DNA of 64,000 nucleotides from Alphaproteobacteria bacterium (GTDB lineage Bacteria; Pseudomonadota; Alphaproteobacteria; GCA-2731375): NCBI GenBank assembly GCA_965232515.1, contig CBDDPY010000002.1, positions 7,008,001 to 7,072,000 of the forward strand, read 5' to 3'. Shown piece by piece: positions 43,301 to 48,784 of this stretch (position 1 is its first letter; each line of letters starts with the position of its first letter). The notes under the pieces were generated by a model. It saw only the letters and a program-made list of their open reading frames with translations, ran no database searches and was not told where the DNA came from. The position numbers and the translations under genes were made by a program.

Positions 43301-46300
43301 TCGACGCCGCCGTCCGACTGTTTGCGCTCGGATTCCGGCACGGTCTGATACTCCACCACGACGGCGTCACGCGTGCCGGTATGCGTAACGTATTCGTACT
43401 TCGTGCGCTGGACGTCACGCCATTCCTGTCGGATTTCCTTGACGTAGTAGGTCTCGGTGATCAAGCCATAGGTGAAGGCATCCCCACCGCCAGGACCGTC
43501 ATATGCCGTGTAAACCTGGCCGGTATAGGCGCTCCAGGTAATGTCTTCGCCGGATCCGCCGCTGATATATCGCCAGCCGACCAAGGTCTGGTCTTCGCCC
43601 TGATAGGTATAGACCGGGCGGACGCCGACCTGTCGCGTAACTTGCTTGGGCACGTTGACTTCGTAGGTGTAGAGCTCGCGCGCCGTATAGGTGATGGGCG
43701 TCAGGACCTGATAGTCGAAATTGACCGGCTGCACGGTCTCGACAGGCACCTCGGTGGTGGTGACCTCGTCGTACCAGTGGCCGTCCAGCATGTGGTCGAT
43801 GCCGTCGCCGCGGCCGTATTCGTAGATGTCGTCACCGAGCCCGCCTTCGAGCGCGTCGTCGCCGCGGCCACCGGTCAGGATGTCGGCACCGGCGCCGCCC
43901 TGGAGCAGGTTGTCTTGCGTGTCGCCGGTCAGGACGTCGTCAAAATCGGAGCCCGACAGGTTCTCGATGCCCTGCAGCACGTCGCCCTCGGCGTCGCCGC
44001 CGCGGCCGCGTCGGGTGGCGAGGTTGACGTCGACGCCCGTGGCCGACGCGCCATAGGCGGCGGTGTCGCGGCCGGCGCCGCCGGTCAGCAGGTCGGCGCC
44101 GGCGCCGCCGGCGAGCGCGTCGTCGCCGGTGCCGCCGTCGAGCTGGTCGTCGCCGGCGCCGCCGAACAGCGCATCATCGGCGCCCTGGCCGGAGATGTTC
44201 ACCGCGTCCGTTCCGGTGGTCCAGAACACGTCGGAGGCGATGCCGCCGATCGCCATCTCGGCGTTGATCTGGCCGAGATCGATGGCGAGGCCGAGCGGGC
44301 CGTCGGCGATCACCAGGTCGAAGCCGTCGCCGGCGTCGATCAACAGCCCGCCCTGATCGTCGACCACCCGGTCGTCGGAATCGATCATCAGGATGTCGTC
44401 GCCGGCGCCGGCCGAGAAGTCGTCCTCGCCGGTGCCGCCGATCAGGATGTCGTCGCCGGCGCCGCCGATGAGCACATCATCGCCAGAGCCGCCGTCGATC
44501 CGGTCGTCGCCGATGTTGCCCGTCAGCGTGTCGTCGCCGCCACCGCCGACCATGGCCGCCGGCGCGGTGGCGCTCGACGACAGGATGTCGTTGCCGTCGC
44601 CGCCGACCACCGCCTCGAAGCCGTGGGCGGCGATGTCGATGGTGCGGCCGACGCTGCCCTCGATGACCAGCGTATCGCGGCCGTCGCCGCCGGAGATATT
44701 GGCCATGTTGTCGGCGTCGTCGATGACGATGATGTCCTGGCCGCCGCCGCCGTGCAGCGTGTCGCTGCCGGCGCCGCCGACCAGCTTGTCGTCGCCCTCG
44801 CCGCCGGTCAGCACGTCGGCGCCGTCGCCGCCGTAGGCCGCGGTCAGGCCGTCGGCCGTCAGGTCGACGCTGATGCCGGCCGCACCGTCGCCGGCGGCGC
44901 GGATCTGGCTGCCGTCGTCTTTGCGGATGGTGACGCTGCCGTCGGCATTCTGACGCAGGCCGGTGGTGCCGTAGCCCAGGCCGACGTCGCCGAACGTGCC
45001 GGTGCTGCCGTCGGACTTGCGGTAGCGGCCTGTGCCGAGCACGACGTTGCCGTTGTTCTCCCGGTGCTGGCCGTCGCTCGTGAGCGTCACCTCGGTGATT
45101 CCTGCGGCGTCCAGGCCGACAAACTCGCCGGGGTCCGTGATGCCGTCCTGGTCCAGGTCCTGCCAGACGCCGAACTTCGACCATTCGGCATCGGCCGAGC
45201 TGAGCACGCCGTCGTCGTTCCTGTCGAAGAATTTGAGGCCGTCGAGGTCGGTCTCGGCGCCCAGCACGTAGGCGCGGAAGGCGATCTCGTCGAAGTCGGC
45301 GATCAGGCCGTCGCTGTTCTTGTCATAGGCCAGGAAGCCGTCGTCCGGCGCCACCCAGCCGACGCGGTGGAGGAAGCCGGAGGCGTCCAGCGCGAACTGC
45401 GCCGGCGAGTCGTTGAAATGCACCAGCTCCAATCCGTCGCCGTCGAGATCCAGCACCAGCGGCAGGGCGCCGCCGCCGTCGCCGCCCGGGCCACCGTCAC
45501 CGTCGGCCGGGGGATTGTAGTATTGCGGGATCTTGTTGGTCTCGGGCGGCGTGTCGAAGTTCAGCAGCTTGCCGTTATAGAAATAGCCGGCCAGCACCGG
45601 CTCGTTGTCGTGGCCGTAGGTCCAGTGCCAGTTCTTCGGATCGTTGGCCGCGGCTTGGCGCGCCTGCTTCTCGGCCAGCAGCGCCGCCTCGTACTGGGCG
45701 ATCGATTGCGCCCGCGTCAGATCGTAGAGCGCCTGCGTCTCGCCGCCGACCAGCGCCGTGTCGAGCTGCAGCGCCGCCGCCCGGCGCTGGCTCTCGGCCC
45801 AGCGCGCCTGCGCTTCGGCGCCGCCGGCGTCGACCATGGCCAGGAACGTCGCCTCGTCAGTGCGATAGAAGCTCCAGTCCCAGGCCGCGGTCAGGTCGTC
45901 GTCCATCTCGGCCAGTGTCTGCGCGGTCGAGCGGTAGAGCGCGCGCTTCACGTAGATGTCGCCGCCCTCGAGCTGCACGGACTTGAGCTGGTCCAGCGCG
46001 CCGGCCTCTATCGCCGCCTGGGCCGTGCTGTAGTGCGGAAAGCCGAAATTGTCGGTCTCGGCGTCGCTGCGGCCCCAGAAATAGCCGGTCACGTCCTTGC
46101 CATACTTGTACTTGGCCTCGTGCACGTTGGCGACGCGGCCGCCGGCCTTGGCCGTGAAGATGTTCAGGAAGTCGGCCGCCGCCTGGCCCATCTCGACGAC
46201 GACACCGGCCCCCAGCCCGTTGTCCGAGCCATAGCCGTCGATCAGGAAATGCTCGTCCCGGAAGCGCACGTTCGAATGCCCGATCGGCCCCACGCTCTTG

Positions 46301-48768
46301 CCACCCCCGAACAGCCCGCCGATCGAGGTGCCGAAGAACGAGCCTGCGAAGAACACGGCGGCGAGGGCGACGATGGCAGTTGCCGGATTAGAGCCGAGTG
46401 CAGCGGCGAAGAGACTTTTAGCACTGCCAATGCCAAAAGCAGTCGAGGATGCTACTGCGGTTGCAGCAAGGCTGCCAATAGCGCCGCCGATGGCTTGCCC
46501 CTTGGGGTTGCCGCCATCGAAGATGGTGGTCGCGAGTTTGGAGCCGAAATAGGAACCGACGGCCGTGGCGGCCGACACCTGGAGTGCCTGCTGAAAAGAC
46601 GCGGTGGCAATCCACGACTGCGAAGTAGCTCCGAGTTTCTCAGCGACTCGGACACCGATCTGCTGGGCGGCCGTACGGCCGAAAATGCCCCCGATAAGTT
46701 CGCCATACTCAGCATTGACACCAATGGCGTCTGCCAGCTCGGCACCGATTTCCGTGCCGACAAGATTGCCGACTGCGTTGATGCCGGCCTGCACGACACC
46801 TGTCGCGAGGCCGTCAGCGGTGATACCTGAGAAATCCTCGCCATATGCGGCTTGGGCGAGCGTGCTCAGCGTTGTGCTGATAAGCACCTCACTGGCAATT
46901 TGTAGGGCTTCATTATCGTCGATAAATGCTTCCGCGAGCTGCGATCCGATGAAGGACGCGGCGCCGGATACCAACTGCTGACCGAACTCGTTCGCATTAA
47001 AGTCGAAATCAATGCTACCACTATTGCTGCTGCCTTCGGATCCAGCAGTCGCACCGCCAGTGCTTGTCGGATCGACGATCGATGTCTCTGCACGGCCCAG
47101 GGTTGCGTTGATCTTCTCTTGGTAGGCCGCATAGATCGTCCCTGCTCCGGCAAGACCTACGGAGTCATTTGGATCGACTCGATCGAATCCGGAGCTGTCA
47201 GTGAATCCATCCGCAAAATCGGAAAAATCTCGAGCTTGATCAATTTGTCCAAATGAAAACCGAGTTTGAACCGGCTCCCAGGCGTCTGATTCAGTACTTT
47301 CAAAATTGTAAAGCTCATGTCTACTCAGTCCTAAACCCAACTCTGAGTCGTCCTGACTGAATATTACTTGAGGCGTGCCATCGCCAAAGAGTACGGCAAG
47401 CTGTTGACCTTCGGGATTGCCGCTTTCATCAAAAAACTGATATGTGGCCCAAGCGCCTCCGGCTGAAATACCTTCTGAGCTAAACTCGGCGGTCAATGTT
47501 TCTTGGAGGTTGGATCCATTATCAGCTTCATAAGAAACAATCGTGGTTCGTAGATAACCCCCGGATCCATTCGGTCGATCTGTTGCGACTGGATCAGAAG
47601 TTGCGACGTAGGATTGTTGAATTAAGCCATTTAAGAAGCTTTGAACAGGCGCGTCAGTAGTGTCGCTTGCAAACTGACGGTCTGAAGGAAATATACTCGC
47701 CTTCCTTCGCATCTGATCGGCAATGTAGTCTTGGGACAGATTGCTACGATCGATTGCCTCCTGCAGTGTAAGCGTTGTTACAGGAGATTCTCCCGCAGAC
47801 AGGCCGTCGTACACCGGGTCCAAGTCCGAAACAAAGTAACGTTGTCCATCGATTTCTAAATCTAATACATACGCCTGTCCCGCCCGACCAACCGAAAGAC
47901 TACCATTGTCTTCGGGAATTAGCACATCGTTGAGATTATTCCCAAAAGCGGATTCAAAGTGGGTAAGGTCTGTTATATATTTTTCAAAATTTCTCCAATA
48001 AACATGTTCTGAAAATGGACCGTATGAGTCTGTTTGTATTACCTTGTACTGCTCCCCTATCTGAACAGCATAGTCAGTTACGATATCTGGACCGCTAAAA
48101 ATATTTCTAATATTCGGATCTCTAGAGATTTTTGGTGTTTTAACTCCAAAAACAGATAAAATACGTGAAGCGACATCACCAACGAAGCCTACACCTGCCC
48201 AAAACGCTCCACCCTGCCCTGGTGTTGCCGTGTTTGTGACTTTGTTATATTTATCAGGAAATTTCTCATATAATGCAATCGTGTTGATTCCGCCAGATGA
48301 ATCACCATGAAGATCAATAACTGGATCAACATTTCCTTGTTGAATAATTAGATCGCGAGTTTTTTCGGCCCATAAAATAAACCCATCCGATTGAATTCCA
48401 CCACCTACAATTGCTAATAATGCTGTGTTAAAAGCATCTGCTTGATTTCTTAGCGTTCCATCAGATGCAAAGACAAAAGAGTCATTTTTATTATTTTTTA
48501 CTGCTAGATAATTACCTCCCGTGGATGCCTTTTCTCCGGCGAAGAATTCGTACTTATCTTCTATATCCAAACGTATGTTCTTAAAATTTTGAATAATCAC
48601 ATCGTTTGCGCCGTCTTTTTCAAGACTAGTTTGCAAACGATCAAATATGGTATCTCTAACGTTCTCAAAATTCCTCGCATTAAAACTCGGAAGATTTTCG
48701 GTTTCATAGGCAATATAACTCAATATAGATGTTTCAACGATTTCGCGTAGTGATAATTCATTTCTCAC
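25333..48768 (-). CDS. giant T1SS-secreted RTX toxin/adhesin (~7811 aa) with an N-terminal lipase-like domain
   Basis: Uninterrupted ORF; many GGxGxDxL nonapeptides; Ig-like and 55-aa repeat blocks; C-terminal 'VQNLVNAMAAF..ISANW' T1SS-type signal; GGAGG RBS 8 nt before GTG48768 (ORF track starts at TTG48783). Confidence 0.93.
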   Translation of the reverse strand: MRNELSLREIVETSILSYIAYETENLPSFNARNFENVRDTIFDRLQTSLEKDGANDVIIQNFKNIRLDIEDKYEFFAGEKASTGGNYLAVKNNKNDSFVFASDGTLRNQADAFNTALLAIVGGGIQSDGFILWAEKTRDLIIQQGNVDPVIDLHGDSSGGINTIALYEKFPDKYNKVTNTATPGQGGAFWAGVGFVGDVASRILSVFGVKTPKISRDPNIRNIFSGPDIVTDYAVQIGEQYKVIQTDSYGPFSEHVYWRNFEKYITDLTHFESAFGNNLNDVLIPEDNGSLSVGRAGQAYVLDLEIDGQRYFVSDLDPVYDGLSAGESPVTTLTLQEAIDRSNLSQDYIADQMRRKASIFPSDRQFASDTTDAPVQSFLNGLIQQSYVATSDPVATDRPNGSGGYLRTTIVSYEADNGSNLQETLTAEFSSEGISAGGAWATYQFFDESGNPEGQQLAVLFGDGTPQVIFSQDDSELGLGLSRHELYNFESTESDAWEPVQTRFSFGQIDQARDFSDFADGFTDSSGFDRVDPNDSVGLAGAGTIYAAYQEKINATLGRAETSIVDPTSTGGATAGSEGSSNSGSIDFDFNANEFGQQLVSGAASFIGSQLAEAFIDDNEALQIASEVLISTTLSTLAQAAYGEDFSGITADGLATGVVQAGINAVGNLVGTEIGAELADAIGVNAEYGELIGGIFGRTAAQQIGVRVAEKLGATSQSWIATASFQQALQVSAATAVGSYFGSKLATTIFDGGNPKGQAIGGAIGSLAATAVASSTAFGIGSAKSLFAAALGSNPATAIVALAAVFFAGSFFGTSIGGLFGGGKSVGPIGHSNVRFRDEHFLIDGYGSDNGLGAGVVVEMGQAAADFLNIFTAKAGGRVANVHEAKYKYGKDVTGYFWGRSDAETDNFGFPHYSTAQAAIEAGALDQLKSVQLEGGDIYVKRALYRSTAQTLAEMDDDLTAAWDWSFYRTDEATFLAMVDAGGAEAQARWAESQRRAAALQLDTALVGGETQALYDLTRAQSIAQYEAALLAEKQARQAAANDPKNWHWTYGHDNEPVLAGYFYNGKLLNFDTPPETNKIPQYYNPPADGDGGPGGDGGGALPLVLDLDGDGLELVHFNDSPAQFALDASGFLHRVGWVAPDDGFLAYDKNSDGLIADFDEIAFRAYVLGAETDLDGLKFFDRNDDGVLSSADAEWSKFGVWQDLDQDGITDPGEFVGLDAAGITEVTLTSDGQHRENNGNVVLGTGRYRKSDGSTGTFGDVGLGYGTTGLRQNADGSVTIRKDDGSQIRAAGDGAAGISVDLTADGLTAAYGGDGADVLTGGEGDDKLVGGAGSDTLHGGGGQDIIVIDDADNMANISGGDGRDTLVIEGSVGRTIDIAAHGFEAVVGGDGNDILSSSATAPAAMVGGGGDDTLTGNIGDDRIDGGSGDDVLIGGAGDDILIGGTGEDDFSAGAGDDILMIDSDDRVVDDQGGLLIDAGDGFDLVIADGPLGLAIDLGQINAEMAIGGIASDVFWTTGTDAVNISGQGADDALFGGAGDDQLDGGTGDDALAGGAGADLLTGGAGRDTAAYGASATGVDVNLATRRGRGGDAEGDVLQGIENLSGSDFDDVLTGDTQDNLLQGGAGADILTGGRGDDALEGGLGDDIYEYGRGDGIDHMLDGHWYDEVTTTEVPVETVQPVNFDYQVLTPITYTARELYTYEVNVPKQVTRQVGVRPVYTYQGEDQTLVGWRYISGGSGEDITWSAYTGQVYTAYDGPGGGDAFTYGLITETYYVKEIRQEWRDVQRTKYEYVTHTGTRDAVVVEYQTVPESERKQSDGGVDTLKFGAGITLADLVFGFDRIGANPDDPHDLLFGLRSPLSPDMPVLALSDRVRLVDWANADSRIEKLQFSDGSVVTLSEASVIEGDARDEVLTGTAGTDFLAGAGGDDHISGEAGDDYLSGGTGDDRVRGKAGADLLYGEAGDDRLLGGDDDDALHGGSGADWLDGGAGIDTASYAHSGDEVAVHLGRDASEGGEAEGDRLRSVENVVASAWADTVFGSADANVIDGGGGSDRLTGGSGDDTLIGGSGFDTAVYRGNRADYEIIGTAGGLTVRDLNGTTNGDDGTDTLTGIERLQFADQAVLVSTLPFATDGLASVGKDGNVTGQLSVADDATAPELLTYAKAQDTAHGTLTLNADGSWTYTPNAGYTGADSFDYRVTDADGNVSVATITVEVVPPTTAVTAGTEIQVNTHTALAQSIPSVAVLADGSFVTVWYSDGQDGGGMGAYGQRFDAAGSALGTEFLINTHTTNDQRHPRVSALSGGGFVVVWESDSQDGSGFGVYGQRHDAAGNKVGGEFRANASTTNHQRRPSVSAFSGGGFVVVWYSDNIDGSQTAIVGQRYTAAGVATGPEFQINTHTADKQYFPRVRVLSDDSFVITWGSEGQDGDGFGVYGQRYDVNGTALGGEFRVNSYTAGAQDEPMIAELADGGFVVAWHSRYQDGSEWGVYGQRYDASGNTVGGEFRVNTHVTDIQFHPVLAGLTDGGFVVVWYSNLQDGSADGVYGQRYDALSRPVGSEFRINDTTLDRQIRPSVAARADGGFVVSWASVGQDGSEEGIVTKIYAGAGGNNGQTAVGSGGDDGLAGSAGSDMLSGGSGDDVLQGNGGDDVLDGGAGSDVAVYGGNASDYWIRRNGSETVVEDRRATPADGTDTLTGVETLRFADGDVDVAASPEAADGLASVGKDGSVTGQLSMTDDTTAPELLSYAVAQSPAHGALTLNAAGSWSYTPTAGYVGADRFDYKVTDADGNVSVATINVDVVPATTAVTAGSELQVNAHTALGQNYPSVAVLSDGSLVTVWHSTGQDGGGLGVYGQRFNAAGTALGGEFRVNSHTTGDQFTPQVAALSGGGFVVSWQSDGQDGSGRGIYAQRYDGAGAAVGSEFRVNTSTTNHQYTPSVSAFSGGGFVVVWYSDNIDGSQTAIVGQRYTAAGVATGPEFQINTFTTGNQHAASVAVLSNDSFVVTWSSDGQDGDGFGVYGQRYDVNGTALGGEFRVNSYTAGAQDESVIAELADGGFVVAWHSRYQDGSEWGVYGQRYDASGNTVGDEFQINTHVTDIQFHPVLAGLTDGGFVVVWYSNLQDGSADGVYGQRYDALSRPVGSEFRINDTTLDRQIRPSVAARADGGFVVSWASVGQDGSEEGIVTKIYAGAGGNNGQTAVGSGGDDGLAGSAGSDMLSGGLGDDVLQGNGGDDVLDGGAGSDVAVYGGNASDYWIRRNGSETVVEDRRATPADGTDTLTGVETLRFADGDVDVAASPDVTAGVVSVTSGGLASGSVGATDDGGVENLTFGIPGTPDANGWVTLSSGSRVRITNAATGDYEYEAAADFTGADSFEITATDAGGLRDVTTVGVDVSAEPSAWSVLGDKFVVSDQSPHTEHHPVGALLSGGGYVLVWMSHAADGDSWGVFGRRFNDDGTPIGSAFQVNSHTTGIQEGANVTALIDGGFVVTWYSYHDGSQSGAYGQRYDASGTAVGAEFRINTTTADYQLNPRVEALADGGFVAVWISNLQDGSEWGVYGQRYDANGAAVGTAEFRVNTATAGTQSDVNISRLSGGGFVVTWRSDGQDGDGGGVFGQRYDATGTTVGSEFQINSTTAGYQGAATVAGLADGGFVVIWQTDGQDGDSGGVYGQRFDADGNSVGDEFRVNETTSGNQSGSNVAALPDGGFVVTWYHSAITSGLHYDSGLGAYARRYDSAGQAIGGEFLVSETAAQEGPRNSSVATASDGRVLFSWWSDTQVGVIQGTAYARMYRLDLSGSMSTSTDGPDALAGGLGGDVLSGGLGDDVLQGNGGDDVLDGGAGSDVAVYGGNASDYWIRRNGSETVVEDRRATPADGTDTLTGVETLRFADGDVDVAASPDVTAGVVSVTSGGLASGSVGATDDGGVENLTFGIPGTPDANGWVTLSSGSRVRITNAATGDYEYEAAADFTGADSFEITATDAGGLRDVTTVGVDVSAEPSAWSVLGDKFVVSDQSPHTEHHPVGALLSGGGYVLVWMSHAADGDSWGVFGRRFNDDGTPIGSAFQVNSHTTGIQEGANVTALIDGGFVVTWYSYHDGSQSGAYGQRYDASGTAVGAEFRINTTTADYQLNPRVEALADGGFVAVWISNLQDGSEWGVYGQRYDANGAAVGTAEFRVNTATAGTQSDVNISRLSGGGFVVTWRSDGQDGDGGGVFGQRYDATGTTVGSEFQINSTTAGYQGAATVAGLADGGFVVIWQTDGQDGDSGGVYGQRFDADGNSVGDEFRVNETTSGNQSGSNVAALPDGGFVVTWYHSAITSGLHYDSGLGAYARRYDSAGQAIGGEFLVSETAAQEGPRNSSVATASDGRVLFSWWSDTQVGVIQGTAYARMYRLDLSGSMSTSTDGPDALAGGLGGDVLSGGLGDDVLQGNGGDDVLDGGAGSDVAVYGGNASDYWIRRNGSETVVEDRRATPADGTDTLTGVETLRFADGDVDVAASPETVDSSASVEKDGSVAGQLSAVDDVTASNLLTYAIAQDVANGTLTLAADGSWSYSPDPGYAGVDSFDYRVTDTDGNVSIGQVVIDVHDDPAGLVISGGIGHDTLLGDGGSDLISGASGDDVLRGDGGDDVLDGGAGSDVAIYGGNIADYWIRRNGVETVVEDRRATPADGTDTLTGIETLRFADGDVDLATLPTPVGGIASVGRNGTINGQLGATDDATAPELLTYALAQDATHGQLTLNASGSWTYTASSGYTGADSFDYKVTDAGGNVAVGQITIDVADQLANVATSEERRANTFTTGFQAKGHMATLPDGGFVVAWRSDNQEGATSNVYAQRFDATGDAVGPEFRVNSYTTSHQENPRVASFSNGAFIVVWWSDGQDGSSTGIFGQRYNASGTPVGGEFQVNTTTAGAQRGSDIAVLPDDGFVVTWSAEGQDGSERGIYGQRYDAEGKVVGGEFQINTHTAGMQSAAVVTALLDGGFVVTWRSDGQDGNGYGVHGQRFAANGSRMGVEFQVNSHTTGDQLSSAIGALHDGGFIVVWVSNGQDGSGYGVYAQRYDATGGVVGPEFQVNTQTANNQAYARVTALADGGFVIAWMSHDSVNAPENKVFARRYDTGGNPLGDEFQVSDYTPGTPAEQRLQAIDARPDGGFVISWQSFGQDGSDYGVFAKVYGDTEFQVNSYTTGEQSTPSVAVLSDGGHVVVWRSSLQDGSGYGAYGQRYDASGTAVGGEFRVNSHTVGDQYEPRVAALSDGGFVVVWPSDGQDGGGLGIYGQRYDAAGTAVGGEFRANSYTTDHQWVPSVAGLLDGGYVIAWRSSGQDGDTLGVYGQRYDATGTAVGGEFRINTTTVGDQRDPWVIGLSGGGFAVVWTSSQDGSIQGITGQRYDAAGVALGGEFEVNTHTSDIQAYPVAAALLDGGFVVVWQSLGQDGSGYGIYGQRYDASGVTVGGEFQVNSHVTGAQSVAAVTALADGGFLVSWSSELQDGGATGMGAYAQRYDATGNAVGGEFRLNDYTAGDQSFAVVAGRADGGFVTAWKSQDQDGSGYGVYAKVYEGDGQSLSGGDGNDALAGSAVSDSLSGASGDDVLRGNGGDDVLDGGAGIDVAVYGGNIADYWVRRNGLETVVEDRRVSPADGTDRLTAIETLRFANGDVDVALLPEAVDGVAAVGKDATVNGQLGAIDEATSPELLTYAQAKGPANGTLTLNADGSWSYTPNPGYTGADSFDYKVTDGDGNVSVARVAIDVRPTESGIALGEEVEVNSYTAGIQSTPSIAVLPDGGHVVVWRSDGQDGSGYGVYGQRFDAIGNAIDAEFRVNTYNVDGQYDPRITALSGGGFVVVWHSSEQDGSNLGIYGRRYDASGMAVGNEFRVNTHTADVQNVSAVGALADGGFVVAWRSNLQDGDSYGVYGQRYDASGATVGGEFRINTTTVGDQRDPAVVGLAGGGFAVIWASSQDGSIQGITGQRFDVTGVAVGGEFEINTYSNDIQSYPAAAALADGGFVAIWQSLGQDGSSYGIYGQRYDGIGATVGGEFQVNTYTTGAQSVPTITAMADGGFLVSWSSDLQDGGVSGSGAYAQRYDAAGNRVGKEFRLNDYTAGDQSFSVVAGRPDGGFVAAWHSFGQDGSDYGIYTKVFGDTEFQVNSYTSGIQREPSIATLSDGSIVVIWRSDVQDGSSSSVFGQRFDANGAKLGQEFQINSYATSDQSRPFVAALADGGFVSAWRSYGQDGSALGVFGQRFDAAGNKTGNEFQINTYTTGDQTEPWIASLSNGGFVVAWSSRGQDGDLAGVYGQRYDATGMKVGGEFGINSHTIGEQANPSAAELSDGSLVVVWQSEGQDGSASSIYGQRFDANGTALSTEFRVNNVYTTGVQNVPSVAAMSGGGFVVVWPSDGQDGSSFGIFGQRYDNAGNTIGGEFQVNSYTTDSQHVPVAAGLADGGFIVSWRSFGQDGSDNGVYGRRYNSAGNSIGDEFRISDYSAGAQSNPAVWSRPDGGFSVAWSSLGQDGSDYGVFAKVYEGQGQDLSGSDGNDGLAGGAVGDTLIGGAGDDVLRGNGGDDVLDGGAGTDVAAYGGNIADYWVRRNGVETIVEDRRAAPADGTDRLTGIEKLRFADGDVVVAALPEAMDGVASVSMDGTVAGQLWAIDDATSPELLTYAQARGPAHGTLTLNANGSWSYTPAAGYAGADSFDYKVTDADGNVSVATITIDVVGPSEPEFAVNSHTPNAQNEPSAAVFSDGGFVIVWVSDGQDGSSDGIYGQRYDADGHTVGSEFLVNTTTANQQTAPTVTVLADHGFVVAWESLNQDGDGAGVYGQRYDATGAAAGNEFQIHTSTTRGQSRPSLAALDGGGFVAIWDTAHLDVNNYFDIFGQRYDASGTAVDGEFQVNTHTTSTQAYPWVVPLSGDGFLVVWESVDQDGSGRGIYGQRYDANGTEVGSEFPVNTTTIGDQREASAAVQSDNSLVIVWQSDGQDGDRLGIYGQRYDSAGNAAGAEFPVNTTTADWQDNASVTALTDGGFVVVWQSKNQDGNGYGIYGQRYDATGATVGGEFQINDETYSHQSMPVVAARPDGGFVVTWSSHAQDASLEGIYAKIFAGPDRIATGGAGHDSLAGGAGDDILAGDAGNDILRGNDGDDILKGDAGDDRLIGDAGSDHLSGGDGIDTAWYAESALGVTVNLANSTGAGGDAEGDTFLNVENVVGSNTADNLVGGEFDNTLSGAGGNDSLSGREGNDTLEGGAGNDTLSGDEGADILRGGAGADAIDGGADVDVIDYAASSAAVDIDLAAGTGHGGDAEGDTLTNVEDVVGTDHNDQIIGDTGENRLSGGLGDDDLAGGAGNDTLIGNDGADRLFGDEGDDRLVGGAGADLLHGGSRYTDRTLVLNTGGQTNQRAQANNVTELPTSAFTIEMRFTSNGISTSGSPLVSYAVAGSDNELLLFVAATGDLRVFIKSQSATFAVNAATTLFDGTSHDLAVTWDSTSGLVEVFIDGASQGTSTLQQGASLSTNGVLILGQEQDSLGGGFDPNQVFSGEIDELRFFDAVRTAMEIQGDLDVPLQLNRLPAGLTNYYRFDAAAGGVVEDLVGNTPLALFNVTDYGDSEQAGTDTADYTNASAGVTVDLLNGSGTGGDAEGDLLFEIENVDGSAYADVLHGDLSANTLRGYSGDDVLSGNGGDDVLSGGLGVDSLDGGVGADTLDGGAGNDTLTGGNDGDIYLFGRGDGHDSIIESAASSGSDSVLFDAAITNDQIWFAQDGLDLSVSVIGTDDRITIQNWFDNAAHQIEVFETSDGDTLLNSQVQNLVNAMAAFSPPSAGQTALPQSYEDDLIPVISANWQPSQ
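35300..39132. repeat. 1794-bp tandem duplication (~2.1 copies) within the giant gene
   Basis: Sequence and shadow ORFs recur identically at +1794 (e.g. 35652 and 37446). Confidence 0.92.
38890..42370. repeat. 1746-bp imperfect tandem duplication within the giant gene
   Basis: 39133 matches 40879; near-identical and diverged patches alternate. Confidence 0.85.
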
Positions 48769-48784
48769 GAGCTTTCCCTCCAAA

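Noticed and set aside
42055-46830. 1591-aa ORF on + strand, and many other antisense ORFs over the giant gene, hlyB and hlyD
   Set aside because: Shadow frames of GC-rich, codon-biased genes; the translations are low-complexity with no motifs.
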